Positions 8,710 through 18,647 of a stretch of DNA of 32,639 nucleotides are shown in pieces. This DNA comes from Deltaproteobacteria bacterium (GTDB lineage Bacteria > UBA10199 > 2-02-FULL-44-16): positions 1 to 32,639 of the forward strand of contig JACQOX010000184.1 of NCBI GenBank assembly GCA_016202335.1, written 5' to 3'. The notes beneath the pieces are model-generated. The model made no database searches. It saw only the letters and a program-made list of their open reading frames with translations, and had not been told where the DNA came from. How positions within the stretch are numbered: position 1 is the stretch's first letter; each line of letters begins with the position of its first letter. The position numbers and the translations under genes are program-made.

Positions 8710-9833
8710 AACTCGGCATCGACAGACTGCTTGACGAAGAACGGCGCCTACTCGAAGGTAAGCGTTTGGGGCTCCTGGCCCACAAGGCAAGTGTGAACGC
8801 CGAAGGCCTCCACACCGTGCGTCGTTTGTTAAGCGATCGCGCCTTTCAGGTCACCGCGCTCTTTGGTCCGGAACACGGCCTCGCCACGTATACCCAGGAC
8901 ATGGAAGCCGTGGCGACCGTCAATGATCCCACCTCAGGATTACCAGTCTACAGCCTCTACGGCGATTCGATCGCGTCGCTTTCCCCCACGCCGGAAATGC
9001 TGGATAAGATTGATATGCTTATCGTCGATCTCCAGGATATCGGCAGTCGCTACTACACGTACATCTGGACCACCGTTCTCGCCATGAAGGCCTGTGCTCA
9101 GGCCAAAAAAACCATGGTGATCTGCGATCGCCCCAATCCCATCAACGGTGTCACCGTGGAAGGGCCAGGCATTGCGCGTGGCTTCGAATCTTTTGTCGGC
9201 CTGCATTCGCTGCCAATCCGCCATGCCATGACCATCGGCGAAATCGCCCAGTACTTCAATAAACACGAAAAAATCGGCTGCAAACTCGAAGTCATGCACA
9301 TGGAAGGCTGGAAGCGCGAGAAGCACTGGCCGGATTTGAATCTTCCGTGGATCAATCCTTCGCCCAACATGCGATCACATCATGCCGCACTCCTCTATCC
9401 CGGCATGTGCCTGCTCGAGGGCACCAATGTCTCCGAAGGCCGTGGCACGGAAGCACCCTTTGACCTCATCGGGGCGCCGTTCATCCGAAGTGGAGAACTG
9501 CTTGATTATTTCTCGGCCTTGAGCCTGCCCGGTCTCACCGCCAGCGCCATCACCTTCACCCCCACCATGCAAAAGTGGGCCAACGAGCCCTGCCAGGGCC
9601 TGCAATGGCAGATTACCGATAAAACAGCCTTTAAATCCTATTTGACCGGCCTTGGGCTCATCTGGACGCTATATCATTTATATAGCAAGCGCGGTTTTGC
9701 CTGGCGCACCGAGCCCTATGAATTCGTCCGCGGCATTCCGGCCATCGATCTCTTGACCGGCAGTGACGTGTTTCGAAAACGCATCGACACGCGGGACTTT
9801 GAGGAAATAAAGGCACTTGCCACGAACTCATGA
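8706..9833 (+). CDS. namZ: DUF1343 / NamZ exo-beta-N-acetylmuramidase family
   Basis: LFGPEHG, YSLYG, DLQDIGSRYYTY, DRPNP, PSPNM and SEGRGT. GTG start overlaps the FKBP stop. Confidence 0.88.
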   Translation: MKLGIDRLLDEERRLLEGKRLGLLAHKASVNAEGLHTVRRLLSDRAFQVTALFGPEHGLATYTQDMEAVATVNDPTSGLPVYSLYGDSIASLSPTPEMLDKIDMLIVDLQDIGSRYYTYIWTTVLAMKACAQAKKTMVICDRPNPINGVTVEGPGIARGFESFVGLHSLPIRHAMTIGEIAQYFNKHEKIGCKLEVMHMEGWKREKHWPDLNLPWINPSPNMRSHHAALLYPGMCLLEGTNVSEGRGTEAPFDLIGAPFIRSGELLDYFSALSLPGLTASAITFTPTMQKWANEPCQGLQWQITDKTAFKSYLTGLGLIWTLYHLYSKRGFAWRTEPYEFVRGIPAIDLLTGSDVFRKRIDTRDFEEIKALATNS

Positions 9834-9897
9834 CTTTCTGCTTGTTCACGCTTGGGGACCATGATAGGGCGACGCCTCTTTCACACAGGAGGATAGC

Positions 9898-10500
9898 ATG
9901 ATTGCTGGTGGCGACAAAGTCTCGGGGGGCCTTTCTTTAAGTCAACAACTTCCAAAACAATTTTCAGCTTCACTCAGCACATTTAACCTCGAAAAGAAGC
10001 CTCAGGCCAAAAATGATCATCATGAAGCGGGGTTTGGAGGTATCTGCAACTCTACGGATTCATTAACTTCATTCGCCCCCTGGTGGAATGATGTCACCAC
10101 CTTCACCGGCAGACAAACAAATGAAGGCTATCGCCTCATCGTTTCCTTCAACAGCGAAGTCATCAATCCTCTCCTTCGTCGCGGCCAAGTTATTTTTGAT
10201 TATGACAAGACAACGGAAACGTGGAAAACACCGCAACCACAAGCCTACAGCGAGCCTGACTATAAGTTTTGCTCACCAGAAGGTGCGAAAGCGGTTATAG
10301 ATTTAGTTGTTGGTGGACTTCAATGTCTAGCCGCGGGAAACGTCGATAACGAAACAAGAGATGCGGCCGAAATCATTGCCCATCAACTTTATCACGTTGA
10401 TCTTTCGCAGGTCGCAACCTATTCAGCCAAAGATTGCCAGCCAAAAACACCTCTAAAAGCTGAGCTTCCAGCTTCATTTATTCCAGGCGATCATCAGTAA
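9898..10500 (+). CDS. Hypothetical protein
   Basis: Strong RBS aggagg before the ATG; 200-aa ORF that looks more AT-rich than the flanking core genes. Confidence 0.7.
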   Translation: MIAGGDKVSGGLSLSQQLPKQFSASLSTFNLEKKPQAKNDHHEAGFGGICNSTDSLTSFAPWWNDVTTFTGRQTNEGYRLIVSFNSEVINPLLRRGQVIFDYDKTTETWKTPQPQAYSEPDYKFCSPEGAKAVIDLVVGGLQCLAAGNVDNETRDAAEIIAHQLYHVDLSQVATYSAKDCQPKTPLKAELPASFIPGDHQ

Positions 10501-10509
10501 TCTGATACA

Positions 10510-10887
10510 TTATTCAAAGAGATAAGCGTCCGGCATGAGCTCCGCGAGCTGAGATCGTTTGGTCTTGCCTTCCAGGTTCGCCATGATCACTTCCAGCTCG
10601 GGCGCAAACTCAAGCAGTGTTTGGCGACAAAAGCCGCACGGCGGGATGGGATGTTTTCGCTCAGCCACCGTTACAATGCGCTTAAACAAGCGCTCACCTT
10701 GGGAAAGCGCTGAAAAGAGCGCAACACGCTCTGCACACAAGCAGCTGATGGCAGACGGACTTTCCACATTGGCTCCCGTGTAAACCTTGCCCTTCGCGGT
10801 TTCCAAAGCCGCGCCAACTTTATAGCCCGTCACATGGGCACAGGCGTGTTCGCGTGCTACCTTGGCCGCTTGAATGAGTTTTTTCAT
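10510..10887 (-). CDS. cdd: Cytidine deaminase (homotetrameric type)
   Basis: VGAAL, GANVE, CAERVA and PPCGFCRQ. Confidence 0.92.
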   Translation of the reverse strand: MKKLIQAAKVAREHACAHVTGYKVGAALETAKGKVYTGANVESPSAISCLCAERVALFSALSQGERLFKRIVTVAERKHPIPPCGFCRQTLLEFAPELEVIMANLEGKTKRSQLAELMPDAYLFE

Positions 10888-13403
10888 TTTCGTCTCTTAC
10901 CTTTTTGCCGCGGCGGTTTCGGTGGTTCGGGTTGCGGCGGTCGGTCGTGATAGATGTCATGCTGCGGCATGGACTCCGTACCGCCTTGCTCGGCCAGGAG
11001 ATCAGAAATCTCGGCAAGGCGATGTTGGGCCAGGCCGTGCACGGTACCAGCAAGATACTTTCCGCGTTTATTCATGACACCCGCTTTTTTGCCCGTTAAA
11101 ATTTCAATCCCTTCATCAATTGATTTGACCGCATAGATATGAAACTTCCCTTTGCGTACGGCTTCCACCACATCGCTGCGCAGCATCAGATGACGCTCGT
11201 TTTGATGTGGAATGAGCACGCCCTGCTTGCCGGTCAATCCTTGGGCCTTGCAGACATCGAAGTAACCTTCGATTTTTTCGTTCACACCACCGATCGGCTG
11301 GATGTCGCCGTGCTGATTAACGGAACCCGTGACCGCCAGACCTTGATCGATGGGGAGTCCTGAAAGACTCGAAAGCAACGCATAAATTTCAGTCGATGAC
11401 GCGCTGTCGCCATCAACGCCGCCATACGACTGCTCAAAGGCGATCGATGCCGACAGCGTGAGTGGCGCGCGTTGCGCATATTTTTGACGGAGATAACCGG
11501 AGAGAATCAGTACCCCTTTATCGTGCGTCGGTCCCGAAAGCCCGCATTCGCGTTCGATGTTGACGATCCCGGCCTTGCCCACTGCCGTCACTGCGGTGAT
11601 GCGCGTCGGTTTGCCGAAACTCGTGTAGCCCATGGAATACACGGCCAAGCCATTGACCTGTCCCACGCGCTTGCCGCGGGTTTCGATCATCAAGACACCT
11701 TCTTCGATCATCCGCTGAATGCGCGACTCAGTCCGACCATGGCGTTCGCGTTTGGCTTGAATGGCGTCCTCGACGTGACGACGGGTGATGCGATCGTCGC
11801 CGTGTTCCGTCGCCATATGATGCGCTTCGCGTAAACAATCGCTCACGTTCGTAAAGCGCGTGGTGAGGCGATCGCGTTGCCCGGAAAGTTCGACGCCGTA
11901 TTCGATCAGCGCCGACAGACCATCTGCCGACAGCAATTTCAATTTGCCGCGGTCGCAAACTGATTTCAGCACGGCCGCAAATTCCTTGGCTGCTTTGGGC
12001 GTGAGCTTCATCGACGAATCAAAATCAGAGAGAATTTTGAACGTCTTGGAGAATTCCTCTTCGTATTCCCACAGCAGGTGATACAGCCAATCCGGTCCGA
12101 TCATGATGACCTTGACCGTCAGCTCAATCGGTTCTGGTTTGATGGCCAGCGGCGCCAACTGGACGTAGCTTTCCGGCTGTTGAATGACGAGCTTGCCCGT
12201 CTTGAGCACGCGCTTCAGATGATCCCAGACAAACGGCCGCTTAAAAACGTCGAGGGCATTGACGATCAGATATCCACCATCGGCCTTGAGCAAGCTACCC
12301 GCTCGGATGTGGCGGAAATCCGTGGTCCACATGCCGCCGGGGGCAATGTTGTATTCGAGCACGCCAAATAAATTCGTGTACGTGGGATTATCTTCTTCAA
12401 TAATGGGACAGATCGCATTTTGTTTTCGTCCGTCAGTGAGGAGATTGACTTCATAAAACCAAAAGGGATCTTCAGGGCGCATGGGTCCAGCCATCATAAA
12501 CATGGCCTTGTCGCTGTCGCGATCCGATTTGCCGATGATGGCGTCGACATTACCGAGGACGTGTTCGCGCACGCGCTTTAAATAATCACGAATTTTGGGA
12601 TCAGCATAGCGCGTCTCAAGCTCGTCCATGACACTGTCCAAAATCAGGGAACACCAGCGCGCCTGCAGTTTTTCCAATTCAACGTGCATCGCTTTCGCAA
12701 GCACGCGCGCTTCGCCGAGCACGCGTTTGAGATCAGTATTGAGTTCGCTGTGGCGGCCAAGTTTCACGCGGCGTTCCGACTCACTAAGTTTGCCTTCTTT
12801 GACGAGCGTCGCCAGGTAATCGATGGACACGGCCTCTTCGCCGACGATGGGAAACACCGTCGGCGCGATCAGTCCACCTTCCTGCACCTGGATGAGCGCA
12901 AAGCCTTCAGCCTTGAGTTTCGCGGCAAAGGCTTCGAAGAGTTTCTTTTCATCGCGCTGAAAACGGTCGATAATTTTTTCGCGTTCGCGGGAAACCTGCG
13001 TGGATTCAAGCGCTTTGGGCAGATCCGCGCGAAGCACGCGCACGAGGCCCTTCATGTCGTCGCGAAACTGCTTTCCTTGCCCGGGCGCAAACGTCAGCAA
13101 CACCGGCTGCAGATGGTCGGCAAAATTGTAGACGTAGGCGCGATCCGGCACAGGAATACAGGCTGGCTCCAGTTCTTCGAGCGTGCGACGGATCGTGGTC
13201 ATGCGCCCGGTGCCGGCCATGCCGGAGACGTAAATATTATATCCGCGCGGCGCGAGCTTGATGCCGGTTTCGAGTGCGGTGATCGCGCGCTCTTGACCGA
13301 CCACGCCTTTGGCGCCGGAAAAAGTTTCAGGATTTTTATAAAAAGAAAGAAAGGCTTTTGTGGTGCGGAAACGGAGCGCTTCGGGTTTCAATTTTTTGAT
13401 CAT
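10884..13403 (-). CDS. Lon-like (LonC/AAA_32 + Lon_C) protease
   Basis: GQERA, degenerate Walker A GMAGTGRMT, GSLLKADGGYL, catalytic DGDSAS and GGVNEKIEG (Ser-Lys dyad). Confidence 0.92.
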   Translation of the reverse strand: MIKKLKPEALRFRTTKAFLSFYKNPETFSGAKGVVGQERAITALETGIKLAPRGYNIYVSGMAGTGRMTTIRRTLEELEPACIPVPDRAYVYNFADHLQPVLLTFAPGQGKQFRDDMKGLVRVLRADLPKALESTQVSREREKIIDRFQRDEKKLFEAFAAKLKAEGFALIQVQEGGLIAPTVFPIVGEEAVSIDYLATLVKEGKLSESERRVKLGRHSELNTDLKRVLGEARVLAKAMHVELEKLQARWCSLILDSVMDELETRYADPKIRDYLKRVREHVLGNVDAIIGKSDRDSDKAMFMMAGPMRPEDPFWFYEVNLLTDGRKQNAICPIIEEDNPTYTNLFGVLEYNIAPGGMWTTDFRHIRAGSLLKADGGYLIVNALDVFKRPFVWDHLKRVLKTGKLVIQQPESYVQLAPLAIKPEPIELTVKVIMIGPDWLYHLLWEYEEEFSKTFKILSDFDSSMKLTPKAAKEFAAVLKSVCDRGKLKLLSADGLSALIEYGVELSGQRDRLTTRFTNVSDCLREAHHMATEHGDDRITRRHVEDAIQAKRERHGRTESRIQRMIEEGVLMIETRGKRVGQVNGLAVYSMGYTSFGKPTRITAVTAVGKAGIVNIERECGLSGPTHDKGVLILSGYLRQKYAQRAPLTLSASIAFEQSYGGVDGDSASSTEIYALLSSLSGLPIDQGLAVTGSVNQHGDIQPIGGVNEKIEGYFDVCKAQGLTGKQGVLIPHQNERHLMLRSDVVEAVRKGKFHIYAVKSIDEGIEILTGKKAGVMNKRGKYLAGTVHGLAQHRLAEISDLLAEQGGTESMPQHDIYHDRPPQPEPPKPPRQKGKRRK

Positions 13404-13488
13404 GCGACTCTTTCTATGTCAGGAATTTTCTCCGCTTGCGCTTCCCTCTCAAAAAAGTCAACGTGATGCTGTCTCAGAGGGAAGAGTT

Positions 13489-13782
13489 ATGACCAAAGAA
13501 TCTGACATTGAAACCTTTCTCAAGAATGTCGTCGACCGCGTCGGCGACGTCGACGAAGGCACGCACCGCATGTTTCGCATGTTGGTGGAAATCACGCTCA
13601 CGTATCGCGACGAACTTCATCAAAGCAATCAAGAGAAACTCACCGTAAGCGAAACGCAAGAAGCACTCGATGGTTTCATGGACGTCATGAAAACTCACGA
13701 AATCCCCGCGAAACTCACACCCCACGCCCATCGCCTGATCGTCCTATGGCTCGAAGAAATTAAAAAATCCGTGCATCATTGA
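13489..13782 (+). CDS. Small hypothetical helical protein
   Basis: gagggaag RBS-like sequence before ATG 13489; 97-aa ORF with codon usage like the core genes. Confidence 0.7.
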   Translation: MTKESDIETFLKNVVDRVGDVDEGTHRMFRMLVEITLTYRDELHQSNQEKLTVSETQEALDGFMDVMKTHEIPAKLTPHAHRLIVLWLEEIKKSVHH

Positions 13783-13795
13783 CGAGCACGTCGCA

Positions 13796-14968
13796 TCAAT
13801 CCTTGTCTTGAAATGTAATAATATGATCAAACCCCTCGGTCACGATGTCGCCTCGCTTAACGCCGTGGAAGGGAAGTTGTTTGGTATCGCGGTTTTTATC
13901 GAATTCCGTCATGCGTTTGAGCTCACCCTGATCGCCGCATAAAAGGATTTCCGTCTTTCCTTTGGTGCCCATCGGCGAAGAGACGATGCGGTAAAGACGT
14001 TGCTCGGCCTTTACCAGAAGAGGCGCCGCTGCCGCGCCGGATTGCAGAATATAATACGCCATCTTCAAATAATCGTGCCGATTGCCGATCTCGCGATCGA
14101 TGTCACGGATGACTTTCGGGCATTCCCACTCCAGATAAAAATGACACCAGTCGCGCTTATTGGCCGCACGCATGGGACAAGTTTGCTGATGCAAACAGGG
14201 AGCGATGACCTGCGCGTCGCGACGCTCCAGCAGGAGATCACGGACTTCCATGAGATTGCGCGTCGTGCGTTGCAGGGCAGGATCGATGATGATCAGAGAA
14301 CCGTGCAATGGTGCAATGGTACAATGGTGCAATAGTTCTTTACAAAGAGCATATTGGTCTTCGGCGGATCTGAGCTCATTCAGCACATTTGCGGCAAAGA
14401 TGAGATCGAATTTTTTATCTCGAAGAACTTTCGCCGCACTCCGCGCTGTCAGGTGTCCCTCGATGGTCGTGAGTCGGTGCTTGTCGGTGGAGAGTTTTGA
14501 AAAGAGATTTTTGGCATCGGTAAGCGCTTCCCGATTTTGTTCCACCGCATGAATGGTCAGTTTGGTGCTCGGATGGTGCTCGGCAAAATACTGCGCACAG
14601 GCGATGGCCACGGTTCCCTGACCGGCACCCACATCAAGGATGCCCACGTCATCGGCCGTGGGTAATTGACCCAGCTGATCGAGTTCGGCCAAGCAGTGCC
14701 AAACCTTGGCGACATTCGTCAGGAAAAAATAGAGCAGATAGGCTGAGCGGTACTCTTTGCGGCTGAAGTAATTTTTGGAGAGATCGGCTCGCTCAGAAGT
14801 AAACGACTCCGAAAGCTCGACCACGCCGGAGAGAAAAAATCGCACGTCCTGAGACGTAAAATCAGGCGTTCGGGCGCGGGAGCGAAATCGCTCGGGCAGG
14901 TACGTCGCTTTCACGTAGCGGGTGATAATTTTTTCAAGCGATGTGAGGTTCACATTTTTCGTCATCAT
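13796..14968 (-). CDS. Rsm22/METTL17-like SAM-dependent methyltransferase
   Basis: [39 protein letters not shown] and WCHF. Confidence 0.85.
   Translation of the reverse strand: MMTKNVNLTSLEKIITRYVKATYLPERFRSRARTPDFTSQDVRFFLSGVVELSESFTSERADLSKNYFSRKEYRSAYLLYFFLTNVAKVWHCLAELDQLGQLPTADDVGILDVGAGQGTVAIACAQYFAEHHPSTKLTIHAVEQNREALTDAKNLFSKLSTDKHRLTTIEGHLTARSAAKVLRDKKFDLIFAANVLNELRSAEDQYALCKELLHHCTIAPLHGSLIIIDPALQRTTRNLMEVRDLLLERRDAQVIAPCLHQQTCPMRAANKRDWCHFYLEWECPKVIRDIDREIGNRHDYLKMAYYILQSGAAAAPLLVKAEQRLYRIVSSPMGTKGKTEILLCGDQGELKRMTEFDKNRDTKQLPFHGVKRGDIVTEGFDHIITFQDKD
14303..14334. repeat. 8-bp tandem repeat x4 inside the CDS
   Basis: gtgcaatg gtgcaatg gtacaatg gtgcaata. Confidence 0.85.
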
Positions 14969-14977
14969 GGGAAAAAT

Positions 14978-15008
14978 AAAGGGGACGTTTCTGAGAAACG
15001 TCCCCTTT
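14978..15008 (-). terminator. Intrinsic terminator after tRNA-Leu
   Basis: Perfect inverted repeat aaaggggacgtttct-g-agaaacgtccccttt, followed by a T-rich tract on the minus strand. Confidence 0.8.
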
Positions 15009-15012
15009 CCTG

Positions 15013-15094
<82 letters not shown>

Positions 15095-15097
15095 AGG

Positions 15098-15221
15098 CAT
15101 TTCTTTGGAAACTGGCGATCTCCTTCGTTAGTCCTCGTTCGCGATCCTCACGTACTTTCGTGTACGCTCCGGTCGCTCACTTCGGACTTGCCTCGGATCT
15201 CATCCAGTTTTCAAAGAAATG
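15098..15221. mobile_element. About 124-bp MITE/REP-like palindromic element
   Basis: Terminal inverted repeats catttctttggaaactgg / ccagttttcaaagaaatg, with internal gatc..gatc and cgtac..gtacg stems. Confidence 0.7.
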
Positions 15222-15236
15222 AAGCATGTCAAAAAA

Positions 15237-15575
15237 CTATTTCTTTTCTTCAACCGGTGCAGTTGGTGCCGCTTCTGGTGTCGGCGCCTGAACCGGTTCC
15301 GTCGTTTCGGGAACCTGGACGGAATCGAGCACTGAGCTTGGCATGGAGCGTTGCTTGGACATCTCTGCCAACCAAATGGACGTCACGAGAAAGAAAATAG
15401 CAACGCCCGTGGTGATTTTGGTCAAAAACGTCGCGGGCCCGCGGCTACCAAAAAGCGTTTGCGAGGCGCCGCCGAAGGCTGCCCCCATCTCCGCCCCTTT
15501 TCCGGCCTGCAAGAGAATGACGCCCACCAAAAACAGACAAAGCAACACGTGAATGACTAAAATAATAGTTTCCAT
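15237..15575 (-). CDS. secG: Preprotein translocase subunit SecG
   Basis: ILLQAGKGAEMGAAFGG.SQTLFG...FLTKIT, two TM helices, follows tpiA. Confidence 0.95.
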   Translation of the reverse strand: METIILVIHVLLCLFLVGVILLQAGKGAEMGAAFGGASQTLFGSRGPATFLTKITTGVAIFFLVTSIWLAEMSKQRSMPSSVLDSVQVPETTEPVQAPTPEAAPTAPVEEKK

Positions 15576-16336
15576 CAGGGTACGCTCCGAATGATCTCTG
15601 TAAATTTTCTGGCGTCCAGCGACGCCCCGCCCACCAAGGCTCCGTCAATATGCGGCTGTCGAAGCAGTTCACGGCTGTTTCCAGGCGTAACGCTTCCTCC
15701 GTAGAGAAGTCGCGTGATGTCTGCGACTTCTCCGCCATGGACACTCGCTATCCATTGATGGATGAGGCCGTGCATGTCTTTGGCCTCAGCCGGCGTGGCG
15801 TTCTTTCCTGTTCCGATTGCCCAAACGGGTTCGTAAGCCACCACAAAACCTTTGAGCTTTGCAAGCGGAATTTCGCGTAAGGCACCGCGAAGTTGGTTCT
15901 CCACCGTATCCCAGGCCTTCCCGGCTTCCCGTTCCGGGAGCGTTTCTCCCACGCACAGGATCGGGGTGAGATGATGGCGGATCGAGGCTTCAATCTTTTT
16001 CCCGATCATGGCATCGGTTTCGCCGAAAATCTTACGGCGTTCTGAGTGGCCGATGATGACGTAGCGGCAACCCACTTCCGCCAAAAAAGCGCCAGAAATT
16101 TCGCCGGTAAAGGCACCACTGTCTTCCCAGCAAAGATTTTGACCAGCCAGTTGAAACTCACTGTTATTTTCTGACAGGGCGATGCCGAGCGATGACAACG
16201 CTGTAAACGGAGGGGCAAGAACGACATCGGTATTGCCCACGGCCTTGGCTTCATGAAGAAGAACCGTCAGATAGGCAATCGTCTCACCGATGGTGTGGTT
16301 CATCTTCCAGTTGGCCACAAACAGGGGTCTTTTCAT
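15575..16336 (-). CDS. tpiA: Triosephosphate isomerase
   Basis: [27 protein letters not shown] and LVGGASL. Confidence 0.98.
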   Translation of the reverse strand: MKRPLFVANWKMNHTIGETIAYLTVLLHEAKAVGNTDVVLAPPFTALSSLGIALSENNSEFQLAGQNLCWEDSGAFTGEISGAFLAEVGCRYVIIGHSERRKIFGETDAMIGKKIEASIRHHLTPILCVGETLPEREAGKAWDTVENQLRGALREIPLAKLKGFVVAYEPVWAIGTGKNATPAEAKDMHGLIHQWIASVHGGEVADITRLLYGGSVTPGNSRELLRQPHIDGALVGGASLDARKFTEIIRSVP

Positions 16337-17514
16337 TGGTGGAGCACCTTGATGCCAGGGAGTTCTTTGCCTTCGACGAATTCCAAACTCGCGCCGCCGC
16401 CGGTCGAAAGATGGCTGATTTTGTCGGCCACGCCGGACTTGACGATGGCCGCAATGGAATCGCCACCGCCAACAACGGTGGTGGCATCTATTTCAGCAAT
16501 CACCTTGGCCAATTCCATGGTCCCATGGGCCAAGGACGGAATTTCAAAGACTCCCATGGGGCCATTCCAAAAGATGGTCTTTGCGCCCTGAAGCGCACGG
16601 CGAAAGACTTCGAAGGTTTTTGGGCCGATATCGAGTCCCATCATGCCTGGCGGAATTTCCTCGCTCCCTGTCGCCATCACCACCGCGTCTTCGGTGGGAG
16701 CCTTGGCAATCATGTGATCGACCGGCAATAGAATCGTAATGCCGCGCGCCTCGGCGCGTTCCAAAATACGCTTCGCCGCAAATAGTTTGGTTTCATCCAC
16801 GAGCGACGTACCGACCCCGAATCCTTTGGCCTTGAGGAAGGTATAGGCCATTCCGCCGCCGATCAAAATTTTATCGGCTTTGCCGATGAGGTTTTCGATG
16901 AGACCGAGTTTGTCGGCCACTTTGGCGCCACCCAAGATCGTGACAAAGGGTTTTTCTGGCTGAGCGACAATCCGCGAGAGGAATTCGATTTCCTGCCGCA
17001 TCAGAAAGCCGGCCGCCTTTTCAGGAACAAACTTGGCCATTCCCTCCGTCGAGGCATGGGCGCGGTGGGCCGTACCAAAGGCATCATTAATATAGACGTC
17101 GATCTGCTGCGCGAGCTGTTGTGCAAAGGCAGGATCATTGGCTTCTTCGCCCGGATGGAAGCGAAGATTTTCGAGGAGCATGAGCTGGCCAGGTTCCAGG
17201 TCAGTGATCAGTTTTTTCACCGCATCGCCAACACAGGTTTCTGGCATGATAATCGGCGCATTGTCTAAGAGACGCGACAGATGAAGCCCCACGGCTTTAA
17301 GCGAATATTTCGGATCAGCCTTTCCTTTGGGGCGACCGCGATGGGATGCCAGAATAATTCGGGCGTTTTGCGCCAGCGCGTGACGAATTGTCGGGAGCGC
17401 TGCACGGATGCGGGTGTCGTCGGTAACGGTTTCACCGGAAACCGGAACGTTAAAATCAACGCGAATAAAAACGCGTTTTTCTGCAAGGTCCAACTGGTCG
17501 ATGTAGGTAATCAC
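16333..17514 (-). CDS. pgk: Phosphoglycerate kinase
   Basis: [35 protein letters not shown] and STGGGASLE. Confidence 0.98.
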   Translation of the reverse strand: MITYIDQLDLAEKRVFIRVDFNVPVSGETVTDDTRIRAALPTIRHALAQNARIILASHRGRPKGKADPKYSLKAVGLHLSRLLDNAPIIMPETCVGDAVKKLITDLEPGQLMLLENLRFHPGEEANDPAFAQQLAQQIDVYINDAFGTAHRAHASTEGMAKFVPEKAAGFLMRQEIEFLSRIVAQPEKPFVTILGGAKVADKLGLIENLIGKADKILIGGGMAYTFLKAKGFGVGTSLVDETKLFAAKRILERAEARGITILLPVDHMIAKAPTEDAVVMATGSEEIPPGMMGLDIGPKTFEVFRRALQGAKTIFWNGPMGVFEIPSLAHGTMELAKVIAEIDATTVVGGGDSIAAIVKSGVADKISHLSTGGGASLEFVEGKELPGIKVLHQ

Positions 17515-18512
17515 AGCGATCTTCCCATGTGCTCAGCGAGATCCAGCATGCGGCAGCTAAAGCCCATTTCATTGTCGTACCAGGCGAGCACCTTGACCAT
17601 ATTGTCGATGACGCGCGTTGAAGGCGCATCCACGAGCGACGAATGGGTGTTGCCCATGAAATCCACGGACACGCATTCATCTTCCACAAAGGCGAGAATG
17701 CCCTTGAGCGGTCCCTGGGCTGCAGCCTTTAGCTTGGCGTTGATGTCTTCGGCCGTGGCCGGATTTTTCAGTGTCGCCACGAGATCCACACATGACACGT
17801 TGATGGTCGGCACACGGATGGCCATGCCGTCCAATTTCCCTTTGAGCGCTGGGAGCACCAAGCCCACGGCCTTGGCCGCACCGGTGGTCGTCGGAATCTG
17901 CGATGCTGCCGCCGCGCGGGCACGGCGCAGGTCCTTGTGCGGTGCGTCCACGACGTTTTGATCATTGGTATACGAATGGATCGTGGTCATAAAACCGCGT
18001 TCAATGCCAAACGATTCATGCAACACTTTGACGACCGGCGCCAGGCAGTTCGTGGTACAGCTGGCATTGGAGACCACGTGATGTTCTTTGGTGTGATAAT
18101 CCTGATGATTCACGCCCATCACAAACGTCGGCACATCACCTTTGGCCGGCGCGGAAATAATGACCTTCTTGGCACCCGCTTCGAGGTGTTTCTGTGCCGT
18201 CTCCAGTTGAGTGAAAATGCCGGTGCATTCAAACACCACGTCCACACCGTGTTTTTTCCAAGGGATCAGGGTGGGATCTTTTTCGCTGCTGATGGCGATA
18301 GCACGACCGTTGACCGTCAGTGCCGTTTCCGAGGCGCTCACTTCCCCCTGAAAACGACCGTGCGCAGAATCATATTTCAGAAGATGCGCAAGGGTTGAGC
18401 TGGGGACTAAATAATTGATGGCCACGCACTCGATATTTTTACGTTGAATCATCGCCCGCAAAGCCAAGCGTCCAATGCGTCCAAACCCGTTGATACCGAT
18501 GCGAAGTGTCAT
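17511..18512 (-). CDS. gap: Glyceraldehyde-3-phosphate dehydrogenase (type I)
   Basis: [22 protein letters not shown] and WYDNE. Confidence 0.98.
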   Translation of the reverse strand: MTLRIGINGFGRIGRLALRAMIQRKNIECVAINYLVPSSTLAHLLKYDSAHGRFQGEVSASETALTVNGRAIAISSEKDPTLIPWKKHGVDVVFECTGIFTQLETAQKHLEAGAKKVIISAPAKGDVPTFVMGVNHQDYHTKEHHVVSNASCTTNCLAPVVKVLHESFGIERGFMTTIHSYTNDQNVVDAPHKDLRRARAAAASQIPTTTGAAKAVGLVLPALKGKLDGMAIRVPTINVSCVDLVATLKNPATAEDINAKLKAAAQGPLKGILAFVEDECVSVDFMGNTHSSLVDAPSTRVIDNMVKVLAWYDNEMGFSCRMLDLAEHMGRSL

Positions 18513-18647
18513 AAAAGTTCTCCTTTATTGAAAACGGGGCGGAATATATATTTTTGCAGTAGAGGGTCAAGAGAAGATCAGCATGATCCGGCGCAGGTGC
18601 ATTTGCCGTTGCAAGCTCGTTCGAAAATCATTAGCGGAGCAACTCAC

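Noticed and set aside
12684-13466. Long antisense ORFs (also 17281-17961 and 28447-29235)
   Set aside because: Shadows of well-conserved genes on the opposite strand, with no motifs.
14018-14040. GC-rich ggcgccgctgccgcgcc (GAAAAPL) in the Rsm22-like gene as a REP remnant
   Set aside because: Too short, with no second copy in the window.
18444-18647. N-terminal extension of MnmE
   Set aside because: Overlaps gap and its promoter; homology begins at [13 protein letters not shown].
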